Shown piece by piece: positions 12,976 to 25,524 of a DNA stretch of 64,000 bases. A program made the position numbers and the translations under genes. The notes under the pieces were generated by a model. It was not told the origin of the DNA. It saw nothing but the letters and a program-made list of their open reading frames with translations, and made no database searches. The stretch lies in the NCBI GenBank assembly GCA_035084275.1, contig CM068755.1:14074001-14138000 (forward strand), in the 5' to 3' direction. Numbering within the stretch: position 1 is the first letter of the stretch; each line of letters begins with the position of its first letter. The stretch comes from Hydrolagus colliei (taxonomy: Eukaryota).

Positions 12976-15194
12976 AATGAAAAAAAAACACACACACTCG
13001 GGAGATATATTGGAGGGTGTTTTAGTGTCTGGAAAAGTTTCCCTGTGGAATGAAAATCAGTCAAATGCCTCCAGGAGAGGAGGTAAGAAGCAAACATGAA
13101 CTTGTTACGTTAAAAGGAACAGTTTAGAGGAAATAATTTTGATTTCGAAATACGCTTCATTCATTAGGTGTACAACAGAAACTCATTCACTTCCATTACC
13201 TGACATCCACTCACGCCATTTCTAGGCAACTTCAGGGGTGTAAGATTAACTTTACTACGTTTGAGGGAAAGTCTTTGACCAGTTTTTTTTAAACTATAAG
13301 GTATGTGTTCTTTTTCAATTCCTACTAACCAACCTGGAGTCTTGGAAGCGGAGTTTTCTTGAACAGTTTATAACGCAAATTTGGAGCCACTTAGCTTCCC
13401 ACCTCTTTCCTTATGGCTATTGAGAAATATAATGCTTTGTGTGTCTTGGCTTTCATTCACACCCTGCCCGCAAAGGAAGAACTGGAAATCTAGTGGGCCA
13501 CTATTTCAAAGAACAAGCAAAAACTGTTCAACAGGAGAAAATATTTGTATGTTTGCATTGTACAGATGTTTTCCAACATCCAATAATAGTTGAAATCTAA
13601 TCGTAGGGCTGAGCAGATAAACTTGACTGTCTAACACAGTTTGGCAGAATGCATGTAAAACGCATGTGAAATCATTTCATGTTTTCCCACTGAGAGCGGT
13701 CGCATCACTCATTTAGCCAGCTGTTTCTACAGAGATTCCGAATAATATCAGATGTCAGCTTTTTTTTAGAGGAACGCAAAAGATCCTAGATGATGAGCAC
13801 CGACGTGAAGCCTGTCTATTTCCTTGCTTGAAGCAGGAGTGACAGTATTATCAGGCTGAGCAAAGATGGTTAACTGTTGGATGAGATTTGAAACAACTTT
13901 TCATGTTGCAGTAGAATTTTTATTTTGGCAACTTCACACCCTCCTGTCAAGGATATGTCATTTTGTTCTGTTGAGTGGCACTACAAGAACCATGCTCTGT
14001 CTTAACTCATTAACTGATTGTGTAGGAAATGCTGACCAAATAATTGGATCGTCTCAATTTACCTCTATTGTGATGCTGTGAATTCACTAAGAATGTGATC
14101 TATGGTGGTTATGTGTATTATGATTGATAGGAAAAAAAGCTTTTCAAAAGCAGAAAGCAACAGTGATTAGAACGGAACTGTTTTTAAAAATGGTATAAGC
14201 TGCATAAAAGTGCAGTACATTAAATAACTACACCTCACATGTTTAGTTTTTCAAGACTTGCTTCAGTGCACTGCCACCTTTGAAGACCCAGTTTCAAGTA
14301 CAGTACTGTAGATTACATTCAGCTGCATTTACCATCACCTGGCAAACTAAATGCTGGTGGAAATTTGAATTTAGATTTAGTGGCAATTTTAATTAATGTG
14401 GGTAGATGGTAATAGATTGTGTGAAAACACCATGTAAATTGGCTCTTAAAATGTTGGCCTTTTATAAAAATGCTAAGATAGTGTTTTAAAAAAAAGGATA
14501 CTAGGTTATTGCAGAAAGGTATCACACAGTTGGAGCATGAGCCAGTTGCATTTGTGTTTGTTGCATTGCAAATACAAATATAAAAGCTTCCAACGTTATT
14601 TTAAACACTCTGAGAAGTAGCTCTGATTCTAAGTGGAAGGAATTCAGTTTTGCACATCTGGTTTCTTTAAATTTTTTGTCAGATTTCTGCTCAACTGATT
14701 TATTTGAAACTTAACACAAACAAACACAATAAATAAAATTACATTTATAGAGCGCCTTTCATGGTCGGGATAAAATCTTAATTTGAATAAAATCCAACTT
14801 GAGTTTGCCTTCATTGGACATTTGCTCGATTGCTTTTGGCTAAAAATCACCTTTTTTCTTTTAGCAACCCTTGATATTTAAAAACTGTAGTCACGCAGGG
14901 TAGAATGGAGCTAAGATGGAGTGCGGAGTATGATGAGGTAATGGTTAGGTTAAAGTCATGATTACAGATCACCGACCTCTGTAAGGATGTCTTAGTTTAT
15001 TACTAATCTTGCTGTGTGTTGTACTTGGCGATTTTCCTGTGCTGCTTTCCCATTGTTAATAGCTGAATGAGTAATTTGGCTCAAATAGGCTGGGTGGAGG
15101 GTGCATTAGTCCAGCAGCTGTGCTTACTGGCACGGGAAAGTTAACCTCTTCATTGCAGTCAGGTTGAGTTTGGAATATTTATTGGCAATACAAA

Positions 15195-15410
15195 TTGAAG
15201 ACTTGCCTTACAAGCATGGGATCTGTGTTCGAATCCAGGCAGGTCAGGGCGAAACCTTGGGCAAGTTTCCTTACTCCCCACAAAAAACACAATAATAAAA
15301 TTGGTCATTTCAATCCACGACTGTTTGTGGGGACACTGCTGTGCGCAATTAGCTACCGGGTTTCACCCACAAATTTATCAAATGCAAGGCAAGGATGATG
15401 ATTATTATTA
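15195..15410 (+). mobile_element. Internally deleted SINE, same family
   Basis: B box gttcgaatcc, ggtcagggcgaaaccttgggcaag, body; tail region collapsed. Confidence 0.8.
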
Positions 15411-16483
15411 AGACTAAATGCAAATCCAACATTCACAAAAGTTTTAAAAAAAAAAAAAATTCTTGACAAGTTAGTATGCATCGCATTTCTGAAATATGAT
15501 GCTGGTAAATACTAAATTTAGAAATCTTCACATTTATATGGTGCAGTATTTGGAAGTACAGGTGTTGTTCTGCGGTTGCTTTGATTGTGGCAAGCTTTAC
15601 AAACTTTTAACATATTTGTAGCACAGCGTTGTTTGGATTTAGCATAGAACTGTTGGTGAGAGGAAAATGCAGATTTTTCAAGTGGCAATTGTTTCCCTCA
15701 ATGTTAAGCCTGTGCCATATTTATTGCTTTAATATTTGGGTTGAAATTCGGCCCCCGCAAACAGTTTTTAGAAAGAGATTGATGCATTTGATTTTGTGTG
15801 TGGCTGGTTGCTACACAATTCCTCTTAAAGAGCTAATTATGTATGATTTACTAAATAAAAAGCTATTCTTTTGGTTAAAAAGGTGATTTGTAATTTTTTT
15901 TGTTTGCAAACAAGAGACAGCATCTCAAATGTTACAAACACGTGATAAATAGATTGTGATCAATAAAATAGCTTTTTTCATTGCCAAACACATGGTTTCC
16001 GTGAGGTTTATTCATTTTTGAAGTTGTATTTGGAAAGAGTGAAAGTGAGTGTTAAGCAACTGGGAGGTAATAAAAGTCCGTGATACATTAATGTTAATCC
16101 TGTAATTGTTAAGACAAACCATGTTAATTCCTTTATGCACCGAAATAAACCAGAAAAATGATTTCTGCCAAACTTGAACCACAGAAGGAAGTGATAGTGG
16201 CAGTTAAATCCCTTTTCCTCAATTGAACTAACTGGAGGTTTCTCGAAACATTTTGTTTTATGGATTTGCAGTCTTCAAAAGTGAAAAGCTGTATTCATTC
16301 TTTGTACGGTAAGAGGAGCAGCTGCCTCCAGCCTGTGTTTAAACCTTCCAGCCTCTGCGGCTGAGTTTATTTGTTCAGATGAGCGATCTTGTGGCTTCCG
16401 CTTCTTATTTTGACCCTATTTTGCAACAGCAAGTGGCAGAGTGTGACCAGATCCAGCAGGTGAATAGGGTCAGAGGTCCAAGC

Positions 16484-16554
16484 TGTGTGTGTGTGTGTGT
16501 GTGTATATATATGTACACACACAGATACATACACACATATAGGCACACACACAC
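16484..16554. repeat. Compound (TG)n-(TA)n-(CA)n quasi-palindromic microsatellite
   Basis: Direct reading. Confidence 0.85.
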
Positions 16555-18660
16555 TGAGTTAACACAAACACAAGTTGAAAATCCGGTGATAATTGGGGGC
16601 AATCTGGAAACTCCATTACTTTACACAATAAAGGACAACCCGTTAGAAAGGCTTTCTTCCTCCTATCCATCCCCCAACCCTCCACCAACTCTACACACTT
16701 AAATGAATGTGGATTTACTTAAAGCACGCACTATGCCACCCATATCACTCCCATTGACATCGAAAGTGTTTCTTATGTATGGAGTGCAAGGCAGTGACAT
16801 CAGTTGCGACACAATGGAAGTTGGCGTATTTTGTGTTCTGCGTAAAACCGACTCTGAGATACAGTATTTGACCCGAGCGACAGTATATAGTTACTGTGTC
16901 GTGTTCCAAATCCTATATTTGGTAACATGATGTTTATCATTAATCTTAACAGAAATCTGTGTAAATCTTTTGAGTGGGCTTGAAAGCTTGTGCTAATAAA
17001 TGTATTACTTTGTTTATCAAATGCCTGTCTAATAAACACAACATGGTGGCGAATACACTTTTATATTGCCGTGCCTTTCGTTTTTTTTATATGAACTTTT
17101 GTTGACTTGTAATCTGTATCCTGTCAGCTGCTGGCTTAATCACCTCGTTTGGTTGTTCAGAAAAATGCGACAAGTCATTCTTGCAGATGAATAAAACAGT
17201 TGCCCTGATTTTAAAAACATTTGACAGCAAACACGAATGTAATCGCTAAAATATTTATCTTGTTTTTCTTAGACTTCCTCATCTATTTACATGGTGGCTA
17301 CCAAAAATATCCTTCCGTTTATCTTTGTGCAAAATTTATTCTCGTGGGAAAATCGCTGATTCTAGTTAATGTGAGCAAAATGATTCGTGTTGCAATTTAT
17401 TTTGCTAACAGCACATTTACTTTGTGTTTGATAGCCTTTTCATGCCAAAGTGCTTAAGTAGGTTTCTTGAGAATTAGTGGTTACCTTAGAATAGTACAGG
17501 GAAATGTGATTTAAGCACATTGGATATAGCATCGCATCATGTACAGCTCAGGGTTTCTGTGGATCCCAAGCTAATTAGATCAATCTGGCTTCTGGTGCTT
17601 AATAGCTGGCTTCCCGAGCACACAAAAAGTCTGACCTTTGGGTTGCAAGTTGTATGGTTGCTGCGCATGTTCAAGAAATTGCATCTCGGAAATGACGTCA
17701 ATCTCATCTTGGAAGCTGGCTTTATTTTTCTCACCCACCTCTTTTGAAACACTGGCCCTGAGCTGTTGGACCCGGAGAATCACATTGTAATAAAGTTCCT
17801 CTGTAGAAACATCCAGGATGGAAGCAAATATAAAATAGTGCGTCCCGGTGCTTAATTGAAGTGTTTTTTGTTATGGGGGGGCGCGGGTGGGGAGAGAAGG
17901 AAAACAGCTTCAAAACACGTGTCAAAACTTTTTAAAATCTGCTGTGGAGTGCAGTTTTTTGGGTCGGCCGAGTGGGAAGATCCCTTATCCCCCAGTTGCT
18001 GGTCCCTTCCAAGTCCCGCTGTTGAGACCGCCACAGAAATTTGGCTCGATTCCGACTTTTCATTGCCAAACATGTCACCTTGGAGCCACTTCAGACCCCA
18101 CTTACCCTCCCCTCCTCCCCACCCCCCCTCACCCCTTACCCCCGCACACTCAGTGACAGTGCAGTAGAGGTGAGAAAGCCAGTGTATTTTAATGTGCATT
18201 AGAAACAAGATCACGCTGTCTATTCCGGAAACAATTGCTGGATATTTACAAGACATTACGAGTACTTAAAGAAAATTGAAACAAAGGAAAGTGCAGAAAG
18301 CCATGCAATTGGTCGCACGGACGGGAAATATGGATGTCTTTATGACACAGTAAAACTATTTATGTGGTTTACCTTGAATCACCGTGGATGTCAGTTTGCA
18401 AGAGCAGGTGTTCACAGTGTTGAGAGTATGCCTGTATATACAAATCATAATTTGACATTGGTGCATTGAAGCATTTTATACGCACGACAAAAAAAAGCCA
18501 CAAAATGTTAATACTTCAGTCAGGTGTAGTTAATGGGATAAGTTGGCATTCGGTGTTGATATACTTGTGAATTAAAGAGCCATCCACTTCTGCAATAAGT
18601 ATACCAGTCGACCAGATGAAGATGTATGTGCTGGATATGTTGTGACTATAGAATTACATT

Positions 18661-18960
18661 GTGGAGTCCTGTAACTCAGTGGTTAGAGCACTCACCTTAC
18701 AAGTCAGAAACCTGGGGTTCGATTCCAGGCAGGTCGAAACCTTGGTCAAGTTTTTTTACTCCACACGCCTAATAATAGTCCTTGAAAAAAATTGGTAATT
18801 TCAATCCACGACTGTTTGGGGGACACTGCGGTGCGCAATTGGCTGCAGTGTTTTGCCTATAAATATACACTCAGTTCACTTGTACAATATATTCTGTGAA
18901 GTGCTTTGAGACATCTAGAGGATGTGAAAAGCGCTATATCACAGAAGGATTACTATTATT
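18661..18960 (+). mobile_element. Full-length young tRNA-derived SINE with L2-type 3' tail
   Basis: A box TAACTCAGTGG, B box GGTTCGATTCC, body shared with other copies, (TAT)n tail, TSD attacatt at 18653 and 18958. Confidence 0.9.
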
Positions 18961-19469
18961 ACATTGATTTTTTAAAATCAACGTTTCTGCGATTGTAAAT
19001 TGCTGTACCGATAAGACTGTAATAAGACTCTGAATTAAAAAAAAAATGTTTTGATGGTTTCTACTCCAATTTAATAGGTTTTTAAAAAATAATCAATCAG
19101 TTCACTTTATAGTATATTCTGTGAGAAGTCTTGGAAGATGTGATCAGGCATTGTATCAAATGCAAGGATTATTATTATTACATTAATGTATTGTTTTCCA
19201 GTGGATAACCAAGGCACTATTGTTGCATTGCTAAGAAGCTCAGTTTCTGACATACTGAATTCAATTAAACTCCTTGATTTATTCAGCTGTTTTTGTAAAT
19301 TAGCTTAATTCCCATCAAAATACTGTATATGGATGTTTGACATACACTAGTGATGTTTTTTTTAATTCTTTAACCTTTTTTTAAAAACAAGTTTTCATTT
19401 TCATACATGTTTAATTTTCAATGACATTTCAAGAAAATTGCCAAGACAGAGTTGCTTATAGAGGCATAT

Positions 19470-19632
19470 ACATTTACAGCACGGAAGGAGGTCATTCAGC
19501 CCATTGTGTCTGCACTGGCTGTCAGAAAGAACAACCCATTCAGTTCCCAGTCACCATTCTCCTCTCTCCCATACTTTCCTTTTCCAAATATTTGCCCAAT
19601 TCCCCTTTCAAAAGTTACTATAAGTTCTGCTT
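19470..19632 (-). mobile_element. CR1 LINE 3' end fragment
   Basis: acagcacggaaggaggtcattcagcccattgtgtctg..ccaattcccctttcaaaagttacta, typical chondrichthyan CR1 terminus; resembles 58405-58620. Confidence 0.7.
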
Positions 19633-19870
19633 ATAGTCCCTCCTGATGTGAAAGGTGCTCTAGAAATGTAATCTTGTTGTTAATTGACTGTTGTCAATGG
19701 GCGATTTTAGTCAAGCTCCCAATCGAAGGGCACAGCATCTCGACCTGCGCCTGATATTCCTCTTAGTGTTAGCTCGAATACCATTTTTGTCTTATGGAGT
19801 TTATTGGATTGTTTTTTCCTTTAAAAATGCCAAATGTTATGGTATTTTCTATGTGCTTTATTGAGCATTT

Positions 19871-20187
19871 GTGGAGTCCTGTAGCTCATTGGTTAGAGCC
19901 CTCGCCTTACAAGCGTGAGACGTGTGTGTTGAATCCAGCCAGGTCAGGGCGAAACCTTACTCCACACGCCTAATAGTAATCCCTCCCAAAAAACACAATA
20001 ATAAAATTGGTAATTTCAATCCATGACTGTTTGTGGGGACACTGCTGTGCGTAATTGGCTGCCGTGTTTCGCCCATGAATATACAGTTAATTCACCTTAC
20101 AGTATATTCCGTGACGCGCTTTGAGACGTCTAGAAGATGTGAAAAGTGCCAAATCAAATGCAAGGATTATTATTGTTATTATTATTA
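19871..20187 (+). mobile_element. Full-length SINE, same family, ending ~60 nt before the exon 6 acceptor
   Basis: tRNA head, shared body, (TAT)n tail, TSD tgagcattt/tgagcgttt at 19862 and 20188. Confidence 0.9.
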
Positions 20188-20247
20188 TGAGCGTTTTCCA
20201 GCTTCTATACAATCCAACCCTACAAATGATTTTGTTTTCATTTTTAG

Positions 20248-20312
20248 GGAAAGTTTCAGAAAGAGGGCCACGGGCACCATATGGCAGAGACCCAGGAATA
20301 TCAGTGTGCCAA
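20248..20312 (+). CDS. TCF12: TCF12 exon ~6 (65 nt, phase 1-0): GKVSERGPRAPYGRDPGISVCQ
   Basis: tttttag acceptor, CAA|gtaagt donor; similar to HEB GKTSERG...RD.G...CQ; phases fit neighbours. Confidence 0.9.
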
Positions 20313-20414
20313 GTAAGTCTGCGGTTTTGTGGTCTAAACACCTCTTACACTATTGTTCGGTAGGTATTCTTGTTGAAAGCATTAGTGTGGAACATGTTTA
20401 AGAAAATAAAGCGT

Positions 20415-20817
20415 CTGTTTTTAAAGGAACACTTTCTCCTTCTGACAATCTGGGTTAGCTCGAGGCACTCAAAACCTAGAAGTACATTCAGGGCTTGATA
20501 CGGAGCAAAGCTCTCTTTATACACTGTCCAACCGCATGCCTATAAACACCGTGTCAGAAGAAGAACACTCCCTGTTGTTGTGATATTTCCAGATCCATCG
20601 TGAAACTGTCCCGTTTGTCACAAATTTGGGGGCAATTGTGCGTTTGGTGTGAGTGCATGTCCAGGAGGAACCGGTTTGATACTGCCCAAATTCCTTTCAT
20701 ACAGAAATGTTAAAATGATCAGAAAGATGACTTGCAGCCCGTTAGTCTAGGCTGGATTCAAACCTAGGTCCCAACGGTGAAAGGACACTGTTGTGACACA
20801 CTGCATTATTTACTCCC
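20415..20817 (-). mobile_element. Ancient LF-SINE-like element, near full length
   Basis: Reverse strand reads cctttcacc..gggacctaGGTTTGAATCCagcctagact...tttgggcagt...ggacagtgt..gagagctttgctc...gaaagtgttcc, colinear with the LF-SINE consensus as I recall it. Confidence 0.7.
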
Positions 20818-23800
20818 ACTTGTGGTGTCTCAAAATAAAATGACACTGATTATTTGTGACATTCAATTTATTCTGGAATATTTATAGCATCTGTTAAAAT
20901 AGGATCCGAAACCCACTTTGTACATGTGCAAATGGCAGCTGTTGGGATATGCTACCAGTTGAAAGCGCCTATCAATCTTTAGATTTAAGAAAGAAACCAA
21001 ATACTTGATTTGATCAAAAACCTTAAGGGTTTTACTTTAATTGTATCTACACTTGCTTACCATTTGAATTTGTCCTGACTGACGGTCCAGTGCCTTGGGA
21101 CGTCCTCCTGCCGTGAAAGGCACTGTACAAATGTAACTTGTTGTATTGTTGTTGTTTCACTTGTTGCCTCAAACCAACTGAAAGAGTTGGTTGATAAAGA
21201 AGTAGGAGAGGCAGCCCTTGATTGCTGATGACCAGATAAAGATGGGATGAGAGAAGCTAACATTGGGTTAATGTTGGATTTGTCGAAATTGTTCTACCCG
21301 TCCAGTGACAGCCACCCTGCACTTCAGCAAATTTGCTTGAAATTTTAGGGGAAAATAAATCTCTTCACCAGATCATCAGAAGTCTTGATGATGAGCCAGT
21401 GCCTTGAAGTGCTGACTTATTGGATCGCAGAGTCCACAACAGAATATTGACTTGGTTCATATCACGTTTTGGCCATGTCTCGTTACCACAGAACCATTAT
21501 AATATGGGACTGCTTCCAAGGTTGGTGAAGATATGGCTGCAAAGTTGATGTGGGAATTGCCAGAGAGGAGCAGTGCTCCATCGTTTTATTTTGTAGCTTG
21601 GCAACAGTTAAAGTTTAGGGATTTAATGAAACTTGTGCGGAAATGACAAGTTTGTTGGTTTCCAATGATTACAACAAAATAAGTTTGTTTTTTGAATCCG
21701 AAGATTCGGTAGCATTATTTTGTGTGTTGATAATCAAAGAACTCTGAGCTTGAATGTCATTTATTTGCATCTGTTTATTATGTTACCGTGCCTTAGTGCT
21801 CAGTACCCTAGGTTGCTGTCTTTTTTTTACTCCAGTGAGTTAGATTAGCCTGATTACTCTGGCAGGATGTAGTTGATGGATGACTGTCATTATCTCCTCA
21901 AGTCTGCAAGACATTTTAGCGTCAAAGATGATAATTAAAATTTCGGGAGATTGCCTTGAAGCCTTACTATCTTACAGATGTTTTTGTTGCTCAGTAAAAG
22001 AAAACTTTTGCCGTGATTGTTGGCTGTTGCAAAATCAGACGTTTGTCAAATTCGTACCTTTTGTTTTTTTGCCTCGCGCCTTCTTCCAAAAGTAAATTTG
22101 AATATGTAGTAATGCCCATTAGTTCAGCTTCAAGCCATGCAGGTTAGCGCAATCCATTTAATGGAACCTTGTCCAGGACAAAACACTGGAGAAAGCCTCG
22201 TAATTGGTTTCATTTTCTGCCGGCTCTTATTGATTACTCATTTAAGATTGTTTTGTTTGAAATAATCCGACTTTGCCAAACTGCTCCTGTCAACTTGAAC
22301 GATGGATACAGCCACAGCCTGGAGGGTTGGGGATTGGTTAGGACTTCATCTTAGTATTCTTAAATTCTAATTAATTTTCAAATTCCACCCACTATATTTT
22401 CTATGGGGAAGACAATGGATTTTTTTTTAACTGCAATTATACTCCCAAACGAAACAAAGTAATGGGGTGTGTTTTCAGATTATTTGTATTGAAGTTGTGC
22501 AGATTTTGCTACTGAAGTATATCCTTTACAATAAATAGGGTGCAATGTGGAGTAATTAAAAGGTTTAAGGCCATATTTCAAAATGGAAACCCCTTCTCTC
22601 CACCCCCCCCCCCCCCCCCCCCCCCCGCCCCATTGTCTATTCCAGACTAACTAGACTAACAGCTGAATATGACCAAAAAAATCAGACCTTCTGTATTAAT
22701 TATACCGAGGATTTGTTTAGTTAATATGAATTGGTATCACTAGTCTGGGACAGATGTGCAAAGAACTTCTTTTGGTCTTTTGTTTTTCAGTGAGAATTTC
22801 TCTTTGAATGTTCCAATATCCCAAAGGGCACTATCAAGCAGTAATCAATGGTGTAACACTGTTGGTCTAAAGTTGAGGTTGTAACATTTAAAAAAAAAGT
22901 TAAGATATCCCCAAATTTTCAAAATAATAGAGAACCAATTTGCCTGAAAATGTCTTTCTGAAAATAATCACCTACATTTTTGCCATACAATTTTATTGGT
23001 ATTGCAAGCATATTGCTCGCATATATTGCCTTGTTGAACAATATAACAAATCGACAAATCAGCAGTCTTTTATGAAAGTACACTTGTCAATCTGAATGGT
23101 GCATTGAGGCACTGATTTAGTTCTGATATTGTATTCAATTTATAGTAATTGTGAATACGTAGGCAAATTAAATTAATTGTATAGCTCACTGCTGTGTGTG
23201 TGTGTGTGGGTGGGTGGGTGGGGGGGGGGAGGGGTGGTGGTGGAGGAGGAGACCGGATTAATCCAGGAAGTGTGTGTAAAATACGGAGTTAAATAATTTT
23301 GACGCACGTTCTGAATTAATACAAAGTACATTTCTCACAATGAGTTGAAATATCTCGAGCTTTTGATGACACGTGTGTATTTTTTTTAAGTGGAGAGGAT
23401 TGGGACGTTGATTGATTTTAAAATGACAAGCTAATTTGAAAACCGCAGCTAAAGCCCCCTGGATCCATCATAAGAATCCTTTTGTATTGTTGGCATACTT
23501 CTTGACCTTGGGTTAATATTGCAGCATTCTACCAGCATCCATGACCAATTAGAGGAATGGCATGAGAGCTGCATGCTGAATTGGACATTAACTGATGTAT
23601 TTCATTTCGCTCCATTCTTGGAAATGTGTGTGTGTGTTTTTTCACGCATTGATCTTTGTGGGGGTGAATCGCGCTTTATTTCTCACTGTCAGTCGCTTTT
23701 CAAGGTGCTTACTTCAGAAATGATCTCCCATTTTCCGATTCGAAACATTCCCCCCCCCCACCCCATCCCCCCCAACCCACCACCCTGTATTTCAAAAAAA

Positions 23801-23938
23801 AACTTTCAATAGTGATTGAAATTCAACAGACTATGCTGTTGCTCTGTAATTTGTGACTACGTGAATTGGTACCAATAAGTGTTTCGAGAAGAGCAGTTGG
23901 TACAGAATTGTGTGATGGTTACGTTATTTGTCTTTCAG

Positions 23939-24074
23939 CCCAGTATTCTTCGATCAGAAGCTGGAATAAGCAGCCCTGTAACTTTGCCATCTTCAGGAAA
24001 GCCTGGAACTGTGTGCTTTCCTTTTACTGCCACAAATCCACGCAGAAGACCACTTAATGACTCTACGGCACTTG
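23939..24074 (+). CDS. TCF12: TCF12 exon ~7 (136 nt, phase 0-1): [46 protein letters not shown]
   Basis: tctttcag acceptor, G|gtttgt donor; SGKPG and RRRPL motifs (first half of the bipartite NLS). Confidence 0.92.
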
Positions 24075-24409
24075 GTTTGTATTTCCCATTAGTTCTGTGA
24101 GCTGGGGGTGACCGCAAATCTTCCTAGAAACTGCCAGATTGCAGCGGACATTTGAGTTGCTGTTCTTTGGCAACGATTGAATAGGGGCTAAACCATACAA
24201 TAGCTAGACCATACAGAACTTGGAGATTGTGGTTCAAAGTAACCAGCTCTCTAATAACTTCTTCTTTTTTAAAAAAAAGAAACATTTACCTCGTATATAA
24301 AAAACACACCGAATCAGGCTCTAGTTTTGGTGCCTGATTTTTATTTTGGTAACAAAATGTGGAGCTGGAAGTGTGTAGCTGCTTTTCTATTCCAATAACT
24401 CTTATTATC

Positions 24410-24690
24410 GCTGTGAGTGAATTGGTTTGGGTTGCAGCAGAGCAAAGACCCCATATGTTACCTGATCTCAGCTGGGGTTAGCATGCTACAATTGACCTAA
24501 GCACCTTTCAAGTGAGGGAGGAGTGGGTGGTGGGTGTGGGGGGGGGGACAAAAACAGCTAGGGTTCATAATAATGTGATCCCTGCAGGAAAGTGCACGTG
24601 TGTTGAAGTTGGGTGAGGGTAGGCTAAGCTTGACCTTGATATTCCCTTCCCTCCCCTACATCTCTGTACAATTACATTCTGCTGACATAT
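24410..24690 (+). mobile_element. Ancient AmnSINE2-like SINE relic
   Basis: ctgatctcagctgggg..ctacaattgacctaagcacc..gggagg..cagctagggttc..ccctgcaggaaagtg..gggtgagggtagg matches the recalled AmnSINE2-type consensus. Confidence 0.6.
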
Positions 24691-25369
24691 GCTACGCCAA
24701 TAGAAATTTACAGCCCACTGTGAGCGGGGAGAAACACGACATTTAGGTGAGAACGTATATCAGAGAACCCAACACGATTGTTTGAGTGAGGTACTAACCA
24801 GTTGTTGGAAATCCACGGATTCCGGCCCAACGCGCCTGCCTTCCAGAGAGAAGTTTTCAGCATCAATTCTTTACTAAAGAAACAGGCATGCAAATCCATT
24901 GGTTTGAAAATGAAGGGTGGAGCATATACAATTAAGCTGAAATTCTTCTCCCTCCATCGTCAAAACAAAAACCTTAGTCTGCTTTCTGTATGTGTCGTTT
25001 GTTTCCACCATATCTCACTGCTGCTTCCAAGGTGTGAAGAAATAGCATTTAATTTCACATATTACTGAATCGTAGCTGTCAAATGCATTTGTATATTAGT
25101 AGTTTATTTGTGCCTCTATAATTATTGAATGGAGTTTGACTGAAAATCAAATTTAAAAATTACTATGAAGCAATCAAACTGTGTTCATAATAATTGGTGT
25201 AGCCTCGTTTTCTTGCTACGCAGTCTCATTGTCCTATGGTCTGCGAGCTTTGGTCACAGATGTATGCAATCTGTAATATGTAACAAGATGGTTATTAGTC
25301 TTAGAAAATTGCCAATCAGTTTTCAATTGAACTGCGTGAAAATGCAAATTATATTTTAAAGATGAAAAG

Positions 25370-25524
25370 AAAAACGGAAAATGGTGGAAACGAACAGCAT
25401 TGTTGATCTGCATTTGAAAGAGAAAGGTTAGAAATAGTTCCAATGAAGGGTCCTACCTGAATTATTTCCTTTCTCTTTCAGATCCTAATTGATCTGCTTT
25501 AAATTTCCAGCATTTTCTGTTTTT
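25370..25524. mobile_element. Penelope-derived palindromic (inverted pseudo-LTR) element
   Basis: Outer arms 25370-25390/25504-25524 pair 19/21; inner arms 25415-25427/25468-25480 pair 13/13; related half copy at 35428-35504. Confidence 0.65.

Noticed and set aside
12977-13088. ATG-open frame ending at GAG|gtaaga (phase 1)
   Set aside because: Starts at the end of a SINE relic and an A-run, with no promoter signs or homology; likely chance.
18661-18735. tRNA gene-like sequences (also 19871 and 51105)
   Set aside because: They are SINE heads: no proper acceptor stem, and they continue into the shared SINE body and tail.
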